From Octopus bimaculoides (lineage: Eukaryota): a DNA stretch of 64,000 bases. The position numbers and the translations under genes are program-made. The first letter of the stretch is position 1. Every line of letters starts with the position of its first letter. Location of the stretch: assembly GCF_001194135.2 (NCBI RefSeq), contig NC_068981.1, positions 177,068,561-177,132,560 of the forward strand, read 5' to 3'. Positions 40,401-51,185 of this stretch are shown in pieces. The notes beneath the pieces are model-generated. The model worked only from the letters and a program-made list of their open reading frames with translations. It had not been told where the DNA came from and ran no database searches.

Positions 40401-41213
40401 AAATGTCAAATGTTTCTATTTTGCAGTGGACAAGTATATATATTTTAAAGCAATGATGTTTAGCTATTCCACAAAACACCAAAATTTTATTTAATTTTTC
40501 TTATACTAATGCCTGTACTTCAGAAGGGACTGAATATTTTCTGATAATTCCATTCCCAATAGTCATAGAATAGCTAGCTCTATTCCCACATTGATATTTA
40601 AAATTTTTGGAAATATTCACGAATAACTATTGTATATGGCCTACTGCTATTTTGTTTTGGATTTTTTTTTAACATTTACATGATGAATAATAGAATATAT
40701 TTGATAAATAGAGTATGTAACATTCATAATATCAGATCATCATTATAGTATAACTCATTAGAATATATAGTGTTATCATGATAGGAATTGATATTTACTT
40801 ACTCTTTTCCATTCCAGCTATATATATAGACCTTCTATAAATGTAATATGAATTTTAAACACAAACAATTTTGTGTTTATCTTCTGCCTTTATAAATAAA
40901 TAGATAAACTGAAATAATTGAATGTACAGAAATTTTCATAGTTTCAACTTTGGAATAGAAAGTGTATGAATATGATTTTGAATATGCATTGATGAATAAC
41001 ATAAATTTTAACAATAGTCTGACTGCAAAAGAGATGACTAAGGCATTGAATGTCAGAAGCATCAGCTAGGATGTACAAAAGGAATAAATTTTTTGTAGTG
41101 ATGCTGAATAACTCAGGCAAACTATTATCAGATAAAGCTTTGTCAGGCAGGGTTTATAACAACAAACAATATCAACTATTAATTAGCTTTTCTTTACAAG
41201 TTCAGGCTTTCTA

Positions 41214-42397
41214 CGAGGATCAGCTGAAAAGTTCATAGCCTGACTTTCTTCCATTGGTGTTGCAGTGCTTGGATCCCATTAGCGAAGAAGATTTCATCTT
41301 ATTGATAAAAAGAAAGTCATCAACAGCAGATATGCCATCATCATCACTGTAATACTGGTTCCCAGCCAAGTGTTTTTTTTATGTTGGGGGACAGATGATA
41401 GTCAGATGAGGCCAAATCAGGAGAAAATGGACAGTGATCAATTAATTCAAAACCACAGTCATGCACAGCAGTCACTGAAACCAAGGACTTATGTGCTGGA
41501 GCCAAAACTTCTTTCGTCAGTTTTCCAGGGTGTTTGGTCTTGATAGCCTTTCATAACTGCCTCAGCAAGTTGACATAGTACTCACCATTGATGGTGTAGC
41601 CCATTTGAAGATAGTCGATAAACACAATACCTTTTAAATCCCAAAAGCAGAGGCCATTACTTTCCCTGCAGAAGAAAAGACCTTGGCCTTCTTTGGAGCA
41701 GTTGAATTGGGTGATTCCACTGCATGGATTGTCTCTTTGTCTCTGGTTCAAAGTGATGCAGCCAACACTCATCTTGAGTTAGGAAATGTTCACAGAAATT
41801 AGCTGGATCTGTCTCAAACAATATCTGAATTTCCCATGATGTGATTAGCCTGGTGTGCTTTTGATCAGGTGTCAGAAGACGTGGAGCCCACCGAGCCAAA
41901 ACTTTTGTCATGCCAAGTTCATTGTGTAGGATATTTTCAACTCTCTCATGAGATATACAATAGCATCGGCTATTTGACTTATAACCAGTCACTTGTCATC
42001 CATCATAATGTGGTGAACACAATCGATGTTTTCCTTGGTGGTGGCAGTTGCAGGACGTCTAGACCTTGGGTCATCTTTAAGACTCTCCATTCCTAAATTC
42101 AGCTGCCCACTTTTGTACTGTTGATGAAGCTGGAGTGTCATCCCCTAATGTAGCAACCATGTCAACATGAATATCAATGGGGGCTAAAGCCAGTTTCTGT
42201 AGGGACTTGATAACACCACGATTCCAGATTTTGTCGCTCCTAGTTAGATTTTGAAGTCTTCTTTGAACAGTCAGACGTCAGTTTACCTCAAAAGATACAA
42301 TGCAGTTATTAATAAGTTGAAATTAATGCATCCAAGTTTTTACAGCTCTAGCATCACTCCTTCATAGTCAGCCTATGAACTTTTCAGCCCACCCTTG
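41214..42397 (-). mobile_element. Mariner transposon (irritans/Himar1-like), full length, transposase pseudogene
   Basis: TA on both flanks; 31-bp TIRs (26/31 identical); motifs WAPRLLT, TQDECWLHH, SAGKVMA, FSPDLASSDYHL; stops and frameshifts. Confidence 0.93.
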
Positions 42398-42440
42398 TAA
42401 TTGGGACAGGCTTATAGTGGGTATCTATTATGGCTTTGAG

Positions 42441-42575
42441 CAGGGGTTCTCAACTATTTTTTATCTATGGATTCTTTTGATTACTCTTATTCTGGTGGAC
42501 CCCCATAGCCATTTGATGTCTAAAAACTAGTTTTATAGATCCTTCTTTCAAAATCCCTATTGTGTTTATCTCACA
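42441..42575 (-). mobile_element. hAT MITE 3' part, reverse orientation
   Basis: caggggttctcaac ... is the reverse complement of 43250-43369. Confidence 0.75.
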
Positions 42576-42584
42576 TTCCCTTAT

Positions 42585-42812
42585 ACAGGCTGTCGTATAT
42601 ATGTATGTGTGTGTGTCTGTGTTTGTCCCCCCCCCCCAACATCGCTTGAAACCGATGCTGGTGTGTTTACGTCCCCGTAACTTAGCAGTTCGGCAAGAGA
42701 GACCGATAGAATAAGTACTAGGCTTACAAAGAATATGTCCTGGGGTCGATTTGCTCAACAAAAGGTGGTACTCCAACATGGCCACAGTTAAATGACTGAA
42801 ACAAGTAAAAGA
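42585..42812 (+). mobile_element. SINE family A 3' half
   Basis: gtcgtatatatg ... aacatcgcttga ... gaataagtactaggcttacaaag ... gactgaaacaagtaaaagag. Confidence 0.85.
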
Positions 42813-42926
42813 GTACTTATTTTTATTTTTGCTGCTTATGTTTGTGGATCTTCATAATTTTGTTTCACTAGCTAGGGTTGTTTAAATCATAACACTCAGT
42901 TTTGTGTCATTATGTAAAAGAATTTT

Positions 42927-43086
42927 AGGGCAGCGAGCTGGCAGAAACATTAGCACGCCTGGCAAAATGCTTAGTATTTCATCTGTCTTTACATTCTGAG
43001 TTCAAATTCTGCCGAGGTCGACTTTGCCTCTCATTCTTTCGGGGTCGATAAATTAAGTACCAGTTGTGCACTGGGGTCGATCTAAT
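42927..43086 (+). mobile_element. SINE family B
   Basis: gcagcgagctggcagaaacattagcacgcc ... tttcggggtcgataaattaagtaccagtt. Confidence 0.88.
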
Positions 43087-43369
43087 CACAACAAAATAGT
43101 AAATTGGAGATCCACAAATAGTATTTTAAGGGCTCCTGAAAAAATTTTGCTTTAGATGTGTGTGTTGGTATGTATTGCAAGAAACAGTTTGGTTTCTTTA
43201 ATGTTTTACATAGTTCAACCTACACAAGTTAATGTGTGAAAAACAAAATAGAAATTTTGAAGGATGTTTCTATAAAACTAGATTTTAAACAATGAATGGC
43301 TATGAGGGTCTACCAGAACAAAATAGTAATCAAAGGGGTCGATAGGTAAAGATTGGTTGAGAACCCCTG
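43087..43369 (+). mobile_element. hAT MITE lacking its left end
   Basis: Matches the uninterrupted body of the 7096 element; ends ggttgagaacccctg. Confidence 0.85.
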
Positions 43370-43788
43370 CTCTACATAGTTGCAGATAATAGACTCTCAA
43401 CTCTTATCTAGAGTAGTTTATTCTCCTTGCTCATAAAATTGTGAATTACATTTTTGTTTTTATTTTCTCATCTTCAATTTCACACACTTTAACATCTACA
43501 TTGATATGTTAAACAATGTATATTTATAATGGCAGTGTCTCTTCATGCTTGGAATTTGAGTTACAGCCACTACAAGTGTGTATGTTTGTGTATACACTGA
43601 CATACAAAAGTGTATGTAACATTTGTGTATACACTGACATACAAAAGTGTATGTAACATTTGTTTTAGAATGTGCTCGGTAATTTAGATGCTCTTTTATC
43701 CTCTTATATGTAGTAAATACACTAAAATTGGTATTTTCAGTTTATTACAGCTAACACGAATGACAATAAGTTTTTTTTTTAATTCACA

Positions 43789-44026
43789 CTTTATATAAAC
43801 TAATAAAAGTTACTCTTCAACAAATTACTTATAAGAGGTCATTTTTATTATTGACTACCCTGAATAAATGTTATAAATAAATCATAGTTCTGATTTAGCC
43901 TATATTGGTGTCATTTCTGAATTGTCCAATATTATACAAGAGATTTTTGAGTTACCATATTTATAATGATTTTAGAACTCAAGGTTTATACAACCATGTT
44001 ATCTTTTTCTTTCAGTTCAAATAATC
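43789..44026 (+). repeat. ~235-bp AT-rich direct repeat, copy 1 (copy 2 at 46253-46487)
   Basis: Colinear, roughly >90% identical by eye. Confidence 0.9.
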
Positions 44027-44899
44027 AGTGTGTAAGCTTCTTACATAGTTACAGCAAAAGTTTGTCCCTTTGGCTTAAATATATCTTTAAAATATAACAA
44101 TACCGAGAGTGGATTTTATGTTGGTTTACATTATTAAACTTAGATTATAACTGAATTTTGCGTAATCAATAGCTGAACCTGTTAAAAGTATTCAATAGAC
44201 TCTTTTTTTTTTTTTTTTCAATCAATGAAAAACATGTTTGTTGTGGAAGAATCAGTGGGTTTTGGATTCAATCATATTCTTGTATTTGGATATTTGGGAA
44301 GTACTTTTTTGTGTACTTCAAGCAGTGCTAAATGATCGAAGATTGAAGAACTAATATTGCATTTAAGTTGCATTCAGTAAATTTGGAAAACATCTGAAAA
44401 GTTCTCTCATAAACTTCTTTTTTTTTTTTTTAAATCACAGACAACTATTTTNNNNNNNNNNNNNNNNNNNNNNNNNNNNNNNNNNNNNNNNNNNNNNNNN
44501 NNNNNNNNNNNNNNNNNNNNNNNNNNNNNNNNNNNNNNNNNNNNNNNNNNNNNNNNNNNNNNNNNNNNNNNNNNNNNNNNNNNNNNNNNNNNNNNNNNNN
44601 NNNNNNNNNNNNNNNNNNNNNNNNNNNNNNNNNNNNNNNNNNNNNNNNNNNNNNNNNNNNNNNNNNNNNNNNNNNNNNNNNNNNNNNNNNNNNNNNNNNN
44701 NNNNNNNNNNNNNNNNNNNNNNNNNNNNNNNNNNNNNNNNNNNNNNNNNNNNNNNNNNNNNNNNNNNNNNNNNNNNNNNNNNNNNNNNNNNNNNNNNNNN
44801 NNNNNNNNNNNNNNNNNNNNNNNNNNNNNNNNNNNNNNNNNNNNNNNNNNNNNNNNNNNNNNNNNNNNNNNNNNNNNNNNNNNNNNNNNNNNNNNNNNN

Positions 44900-45138
44900 G
44901 ACACAGTGTGACAAGGCTGACCCTTTGAATTACAGGCACAACAGAAACAGAAAGTAAGAGTGAGAGAAAGTTGTGGTGAAAGAGTACAGCAGGGTTCACC
45001 ACCATTCCCTGCCGGAGCCTCGTGGAGCTTTAGGTGTTTTTCACTCAATAAACACTCACAACGCCCGGTCTGGGAATCGAAACCGTGATCCTATGACCGC
45101 GAGTCCGCTGCCCTAACCACTGGGCCATTGCGCCTCCT
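44900..45138 (-). mobile_element. Young tRNA-derived SINE, family E
   Basis: Minus strand aggaggcgcaatggcccagtggttagggcagcggactcgcggtcataggatcacggtttcgattccc: clear A and B boxes; older copy at 53285-53552. Confidence 0.88.
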
Positions 45139-45686
45139 GACTAGAGTTACTAGATCCCAAATATAATGCACAGACAAATATTTGTAAAAAATTTACGAAA
45201 TTTTTAGCAGTCTTCAGTTTGGGGATCTCTGCACTAAGATACTACATTCTCATTCAGTTCCAGTTATGGAACTCTGATGAATAACTTGCTATATTTTGTT
45301 GTTATAAAAACGCAAATAAACCATTTTTTTGTTTAAATAAAGAAAGAAAAAGAAAAAAAAAGAAAGTAAGGCAAGATATGACTGAATTATTTGCTTGAAC
45401 AAACCAGTGTGTAAAATAAATGTCAGTCTCTATGCAAAAGAGGAACAAATTAATCTTCACATTTATTCTTTATTTAAATAATATATTCCTGTCAAAGCAA
45501 TTTTGTTATTATAGGAATTTCATAAGTATTAGAACACCCATTAACATTTCAGTATAAACGTTTATTAGTAGATTTGAAACAGAATGAAGCAGCAAACTTA
45601 CATTGGGTACTGAGAGTATTTACATTCAAGAAAGATATTTTGTTAATGCCAAACTTGCTTGGCAATTTGAGGACAGATTTGTTTCA

Positions 45687-45901
45687 TTAACTCTGTAGCA
45701 TTCAGATTACATTGACTAATGTAATGCTTATCTATTCACATTGTTTTGAATTAATCTCAGCTTTTAGATTTTGATGATGTGATAGAGTTTATTTTTAGGA
45801 TGATACAAGGTAGGTGTGAGAGGTCAGACCCTGTCAGATTGAACATAAGAGAGGTAGAATATTTGGGCCGGTTATGACTGGTTTAAATGCTAAAAGATTA
45901 A
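45687..45901 (-). mobile_element. piggyBac-type MITE with TTAA at both ends
   Basis: ttaactctgtagcattc ... aatgctaaaagattaa. Confidence 0.8.
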
Positions 45902-46107
45902 TTTTGAACATTAAAGCTAACAGTGAGTCACAAATTGGTTGGGTTCTAACTGAAGGTGAAATTACCATTTTTTTTTTTGTACTTGAGTTTCATCTTAACC
46001 ATTAGATGATATTGACACTCAGTAATGTGGTTATAATGAATTCAGTGTATTTTTTTAGGGGACAATCCTTCTATGTTTCAGTGAGGATTTTGGCTTAGAT
46101 AAATCCA

Positions 46108-46226
46108 AGATTCCGTTATTTCACTTTCAGCACACTGGTTCTCATCCAGTTGTCAAAGTTAAGCAATGTCAAGCTTAGTTAGCACTTAGATGGGTTACCA
46201 CTTGAAAAACCTTGGTGTTACAAGCA
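46108..46226 (+). pseudogene. 5S rRNA pseudogene (decayed)
   Basis: actggttctcatcc ... aagttaagcaatgtc ... gttagcacttagatgggttacc ... ggtgtt aligns to metazoan 5S (accggttctcgtcc ... aagttaagcaacgtc ... gttagtacttggatgggtgacc ... ggtgct), mostly transitions; T-rich 3' flank. Confidence 0.85.
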
Positions 46227-46252
46227 TCTTTCTTAAAGTACTCCGAAATTTT

Positions 46253-46487
46253 CTTTATATAAACTAATAAAAGTTACTCTTCAATAAATTACTTATAAAA
46301 GGTCATCTTTATTACTGACTACCCTGAATAAATGTTATAAATAAATCATAGTTCTGATTTAGCCGATATTGGTGTCATTTCTGAATTGTCCAATATTATA
46401 CAAGAGATTTTGAGCTTCCATATTTATAACGATTTTAGAATACAAGGTTTATACAACCATGTATCTTTTCTTTCAGTTCAAATAATC
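46253..46487 (+). repeat. ~235-bp direct repeat, copy 2
   Basis: See 43789-44026; followed by a restart of the unit (tttatataaaact). Confidence 0.9.
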
Positions 46488-47614
46488 TTTATATAAAACT
46501 TAAGTCAATAATTGTAGTAGGCGGTTTGGAGTATATTTCAGTTGCATATTCAGTTAGTATCAATGGAAGTATTTCTATTAGTAATGATTTACTAGCAGAA
46601 CCGTGAAAAATTAACATTTTACAGATTTGTTTTTTGCTTCTATTTTGATGCATAAATTTATTCAGATCTTCATAGCATTATTGCAGTTATATTTCCCATT
46701 TTGTCCCACAGCTGAGATTGCTTAAAACATAACACTCAAACATGCTTCTTTCAATTTAATTTTCATAGTCAAGATTTGCTTAAAACATAACACCTGAACA
46801 CATGAATGTTGTAACATGTAGCATAATATTACTGATTACTTTGAAATTTTACAGATCTTCAATAATTACAGAAACTGCCAGAAGCTATCTACTTATCCTC
46901 CATTATTACTAAATGATAAAACAAAATAAATTTTTATTTTAAAACATGAAATATAAACACTTATGCACCCCATTTCTGTAAAGCTACCCTCAGTGACTTG
47001 TGATCACACATTAGACAAATCTATTTGTTTATTAATAGAAGTTTTACTACAAAAGTTCTTGAGAAGCAACAAACAGCAAGTTCACTTATTGTATTTATCT
47101 CAGTTGATTGCTCATCTCTCTGTTCAGTTAATTCTACTGTAAAATCCAGCAGCTTCATGCTTCTAACAAGTTTTAGCTTTAATCTGCCTGAGTCATTACT
47201 ATATGATTAGTAATGTTTTGGCATACAATTGTATTTGTTCATTATTGGCATAGACACTTGTCAAAATCAAAATAAACTTTTGTGATAGTTTGATATTCTG
47301 CAAACCTCATTATTTGGAAATTCATCCCATTACCTCAGTACTATGCATGCTTTTTGGTATTTCATTTATTGCAATCATTTCTGTTTTTTCTCAAATTAAT
47401 CAATAATATATTATCTGCTTTATATTGACATATACTTAAAACATTTATGAACTGTTCAGAATAAACATAAATTCCATTGTCCAACCCCAGTTATACCTCA
47501 CTTGTTAGACTTCCTGATAGGTAATCCTAAAGTTTAGTATAATCAAGTACATATTCAAATGTAGATTAGTTTCTAAATAGCAATAATTTATATATATATA
47601 TATATATATATATT

Positions 47615-47870
47615 TCAACGCCATCGCACTTCAGGACTAGTTACTGCAACAGCCTGGGTTTCAGGGGCCTACAGCTTTTTAATATTCTCCCAAAGAGCCT
47701 GAGGAACCTGCACAAAGTAGATGCAGGCATTTTAAAATCAAAGCTTGACCTCTTCCTGTCGAGAGTCCCAGATGAACCTACCTCACGGCAAGAGGTGCAA
47801 ATGATTCTTCACCAAGTACCACATATTGGAGGAGGATCTCAGTAATAACAGTGTAGCAAAACGGCGGTGC
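47615..47870 (+). mobile_element. 5'-truncated CR1-clade LINE 3' end
   Basis: SLGFRGLQLFNILPKSLRNL...KSKLDLFLSRVPDEP (47615-47845), the CR1 C-terminal signature. Confidence 0.85.
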
Positions 47871-48012
47871 ATCACAGTGTAATCCACTGTAAAATCAGTA
47901 CAGTGTAATCCACTGTAAAACCAACCATTATTACTTTTGTTCTGGAAATTTATTAAAAAACAAAAGTATGAAGGCAGTGACAGAGAATTTTGTTATCAGA
48001 AATGTTAAAAGA

Positions 48013-48250
48013 AAGGCGGCGAGCTGGCAGAAACGTTAGCACGCTGGGCGAAATGCTTAGCGGTATTTCATCTGCTGTTACGTTCTGAGTTCAAATTCCG
48101 CCGAGGTTGACTTTACCTTTCGTCCTTTCAGGGTTGATAAATTAAGTACCAGTTACACACTGAGGTCTATGTAATCGACTTAATCCCTTTGTCTGTCCTA
48201 GTTTGTCTCTTCTATGTTTGGCCCCTTGTGGGAAATAAAGAAATAAGAAA
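48013..48250 (+). mobile_element. SINE family B, best-preserved copy
   Basis: aaggcggcgagctggcagaaacgttagcacgc ... gagttcaaattccgccgaggttgactttacctttcgtcctttcagggttgataaattaagtaccagtt. Further decayed copies near 1830, 5570, 19350, 35017 and 37253. Confidence 0.9.
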
Positions 48251-48476
48251 TGTTAAAGAAATTCTAAAGCAAAATTTACAAAACTTGTGAGACCCCACTA
48301 GTAACAATTGAAGAAATATGAATGTAATTTTGGTTTCAGGTGTACATGTAGATTTTCCTCTGCACGTTTATGAAATATATGTGGATCACATTTATTTGTT
48401 TTTGTAATACAGAATGCTATGAAGAAAAATAAATGAATGCTTTTCTAAATAAAGACTTTTAATCTACTTTTTCCAG

Positions 48477-48624
48477 GTATTCCGTGGAAATCAAAATACT
48501 TATCGAGCTGAACTGCGTGGAGTTTCACCACCAATCATTGCAAAGCGCATTCGCTTCATTCCATATAGTGAACACCCTCGCACAGTGTGTATGCGGGTAG
48601 AAATGTATGGCTGCCAGTGGGCTG
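48477..48624 (+). CDS. DDR: DDR exon, discoidin domain C-part (VFRGNQNTY...PPIIAKRIRFIP...VCMRVEMYGCQWA)
   Basis: tttttccag acceptor; gtatgt donor at 48625; 148 nt, phase 0/1; hallmark CMRVExYGC discoidin end. Confidence 0.95.
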
Positions 48625-50334
48625 GTATGTATCAAGAACATTTTTTATTTAACCCCTTTTAATACCACCCAAAGTTTTAACTGTATTAAAAATATGTTTA
48701 GGAGTTAAAATCCTCATCAAAATCTCTTTACAATATCAATTGGTATCAGAGATATACTTACACATTTATTGAAATTTTACTAAAAAAAAATGTCTTAAAT
48801 TATCCAAAACCTTGATTATATTGAAAAATATTTGAAACAGACATTATTTCAGAAAAGGGCTAAAATATATTTTTGATAATTAAAAAGCTTTCTTTTCTAC
48901 TTTAAACCGTTTTACTTTTTTAACTTGTCTCTTCTCCCTTAGTTTTATTTTCTCTTTCCGCCTTTATTTATAGTCCTTTGGCCTGCCAGACTTCTTCAGA
49001 TCACTTTCTTTACTTGTGCTAATAATTTCAAAAAAGTAATCCAAACGGGTCAAATAGGTCCCAAGATAACATAGAATAAGTAAGTAGAGTTGTTGACTTA
49101 ACACAACAGCTGGTTTGAAAGCTACAAAGTTAGGATTTGTGGGTGTTGAATTTACTCTTTTGAGAGTAGGTGGGCTAGTGATGGGCCATAAACTTAGTTG
49201 GCTGAGATTGCCTCTGTAGGAGTTGTGCCACTGCCCACCTGCTGCCTATTGTATTCAGTGGTACCAAGACAAAGATGGTGTCAAATAACGTTGACAATTG
49301 ATGTCTATCAGGGATTAGATTTCAACAGTGTGAGATCCCCAAGGAAACCTGTATTTTTTAGTGCTATAGTTTTATACATTCATTATATTTTCTCACACTT
49401 TATCCACACACTTATCTAAACTTTTTCTCACCTCCTCCTCTTTCTCTCATCACCCCCATATTACCTTTTTAATACAATGTAGTCACAATCTGTTATAACT
49501 GCTGACATATATAAAACTTTGAAGGACACTTAAACCAGTGGAAGAAGCTGTTCTTAGTTGTTCAGTTTTGAACTCTGACATATTTAAGAGAGAACACTAA
49601 ACAACAAAAATGTTAAACTCAAACCATTGAGACATTCATTATTGTTTTACCACTGATTTAGTTTACACTAACTATTTGATTCTCCATCTGTAATATTTCA
49701 TTTATATTTTACCCCTGTCTTAAGAAATAAATGCAAATATGTTGTTTAAATTAAAAATAGGTTTAATACTAAAATCATTGATTAATTTATCATTTGTTAT
49801 AGGTGTTTTAATAAAGCATGTGTACTCTGTCTCCAATAATATAAGTATTTAAAAATAAATTACTGACTAGCCATTATTTGTTAATTCTTTCTTTGACAAT
49901 GTACTGCTAATTCTTAAAAAAAAGAAAAGTTTTCAGATTTTCTGTAGTTTACCAATTTAGTTGGTATAATGATTCAGTGTTAACATACTGGAGCTTTATA
50001 TAACTAACTAAAGATAATTAAGCAATCAGTGAAAAACAATATTAATCAATGTTTCAGTTTTATCCTGTACTCATTAGAAAAGTACACATTTCATTATAAT
50101 TGCTGAAAGAGCAATGAAGCAACCACTAAGTAAAATGTATAAGATTTTATAGTTTGGCATAGAAAAATAGATTTGTTTAATTAAATAATTCAGAGTTTCA
50201 TGGTTTGGGGTTCAATCCCATTGCATAACAACTTGAACAAATGTCTTCTACTATAGTCTCAGGTCAACCAAAACTTAGTGGATTTGGTTGACAGAAACTA
50301 AAATAAGTCAATCATGGATATATATTATTATATA

Positions 50335-50590
50335 TGTGCATGTGTGTGTTTGTATCCCCTTGCCTGGATATATCACATGATAGTTATAAATGAGCGTTAT
50401 TGTCATACAAGAGATGTAATTCATTTCCAAAATTCTACAAAAACATGTCTGGTCATGAGGAAATATTGCCTTGCTTGAAAACAGGAGAGGGCTGGTAACA
50501 GGAAGGGCATTGAACCATAAAAAATCTGCCTCAATAAACACTGTCCAACCCCTTGCAAGAATGGAAAAATGGACATTAAAGTGATTGTGA
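50335..50590 (+). mobile_element. RTE-tailed repeat, sense orientation, decayed
   Basis: ggctggtaacaggaagggcattgaaccataaaa ... tccaacccc ... atggaaaaatggacattaaa resembles the RTE tail. Confidence 0.6.
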
Positions 50591-50594
50591 AATA

Positions 50595-50633
<39 letters not shown>

Positions 50634-51185
50634 ACACATTCATATATATATGTGTAAACACTATTGTGTTTTCCCTTTCTGTTATCCCACTATTGTGTTT
50701 TCCCTTTCTGTTATCCCAGCATATAAACTTTTAACAATCTTCAGAACTTCAACAATTTTGCAGATGAAACATAGTTATTAACTTTAACTTCAAAACATTA
50801 AAGAGCCAGCTGTTTTGCTAAGATTTGTGGGAAATCCTTTGTCTCTTTAGGAAGATTTCTATCATAACTTTTCTACATAGGTATCTGTTCAGTGTCCAGT
50901 TAAAAAGTTAACCTTATAAACAACTTTAAAAAAAAAGGTATTTACATCTTAGATTGTGTGAATTGAGCCCAGCACATCACCCTGTACGTGTCCATTGTTC
51001 TTTCTGCAAGTTTTTCCTGAATGCAGTATTTTTATCTGTTATAATGGATATGCTTAATTCTAGCATGTTAGTGTTTTTTTGTTCTCATAATTTTGATAAA
51101 TTCTTATAAATGATTATTCCTATTGTTCTAAATAAAACAACATACAAGGTAATTTTTTTTTTTCTTTTGTCTTTCTACTTTGCAG

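Larger units (their letters stand above)
12689..44899. other. Six assembly gaps (N runs): 12689-12931, 16369-16456, 20941-20999, 30864-31587, 36814-36892, 44452-44899
   Basis: Directly visible; most adjoin microsatellites or repeats. Confidence 0.99.

Noticed and set aside
44900-45138. tRNA gene
   Set aside because: tRNA-like head continues into a repeat body with another copy in the window; it is a SINE.
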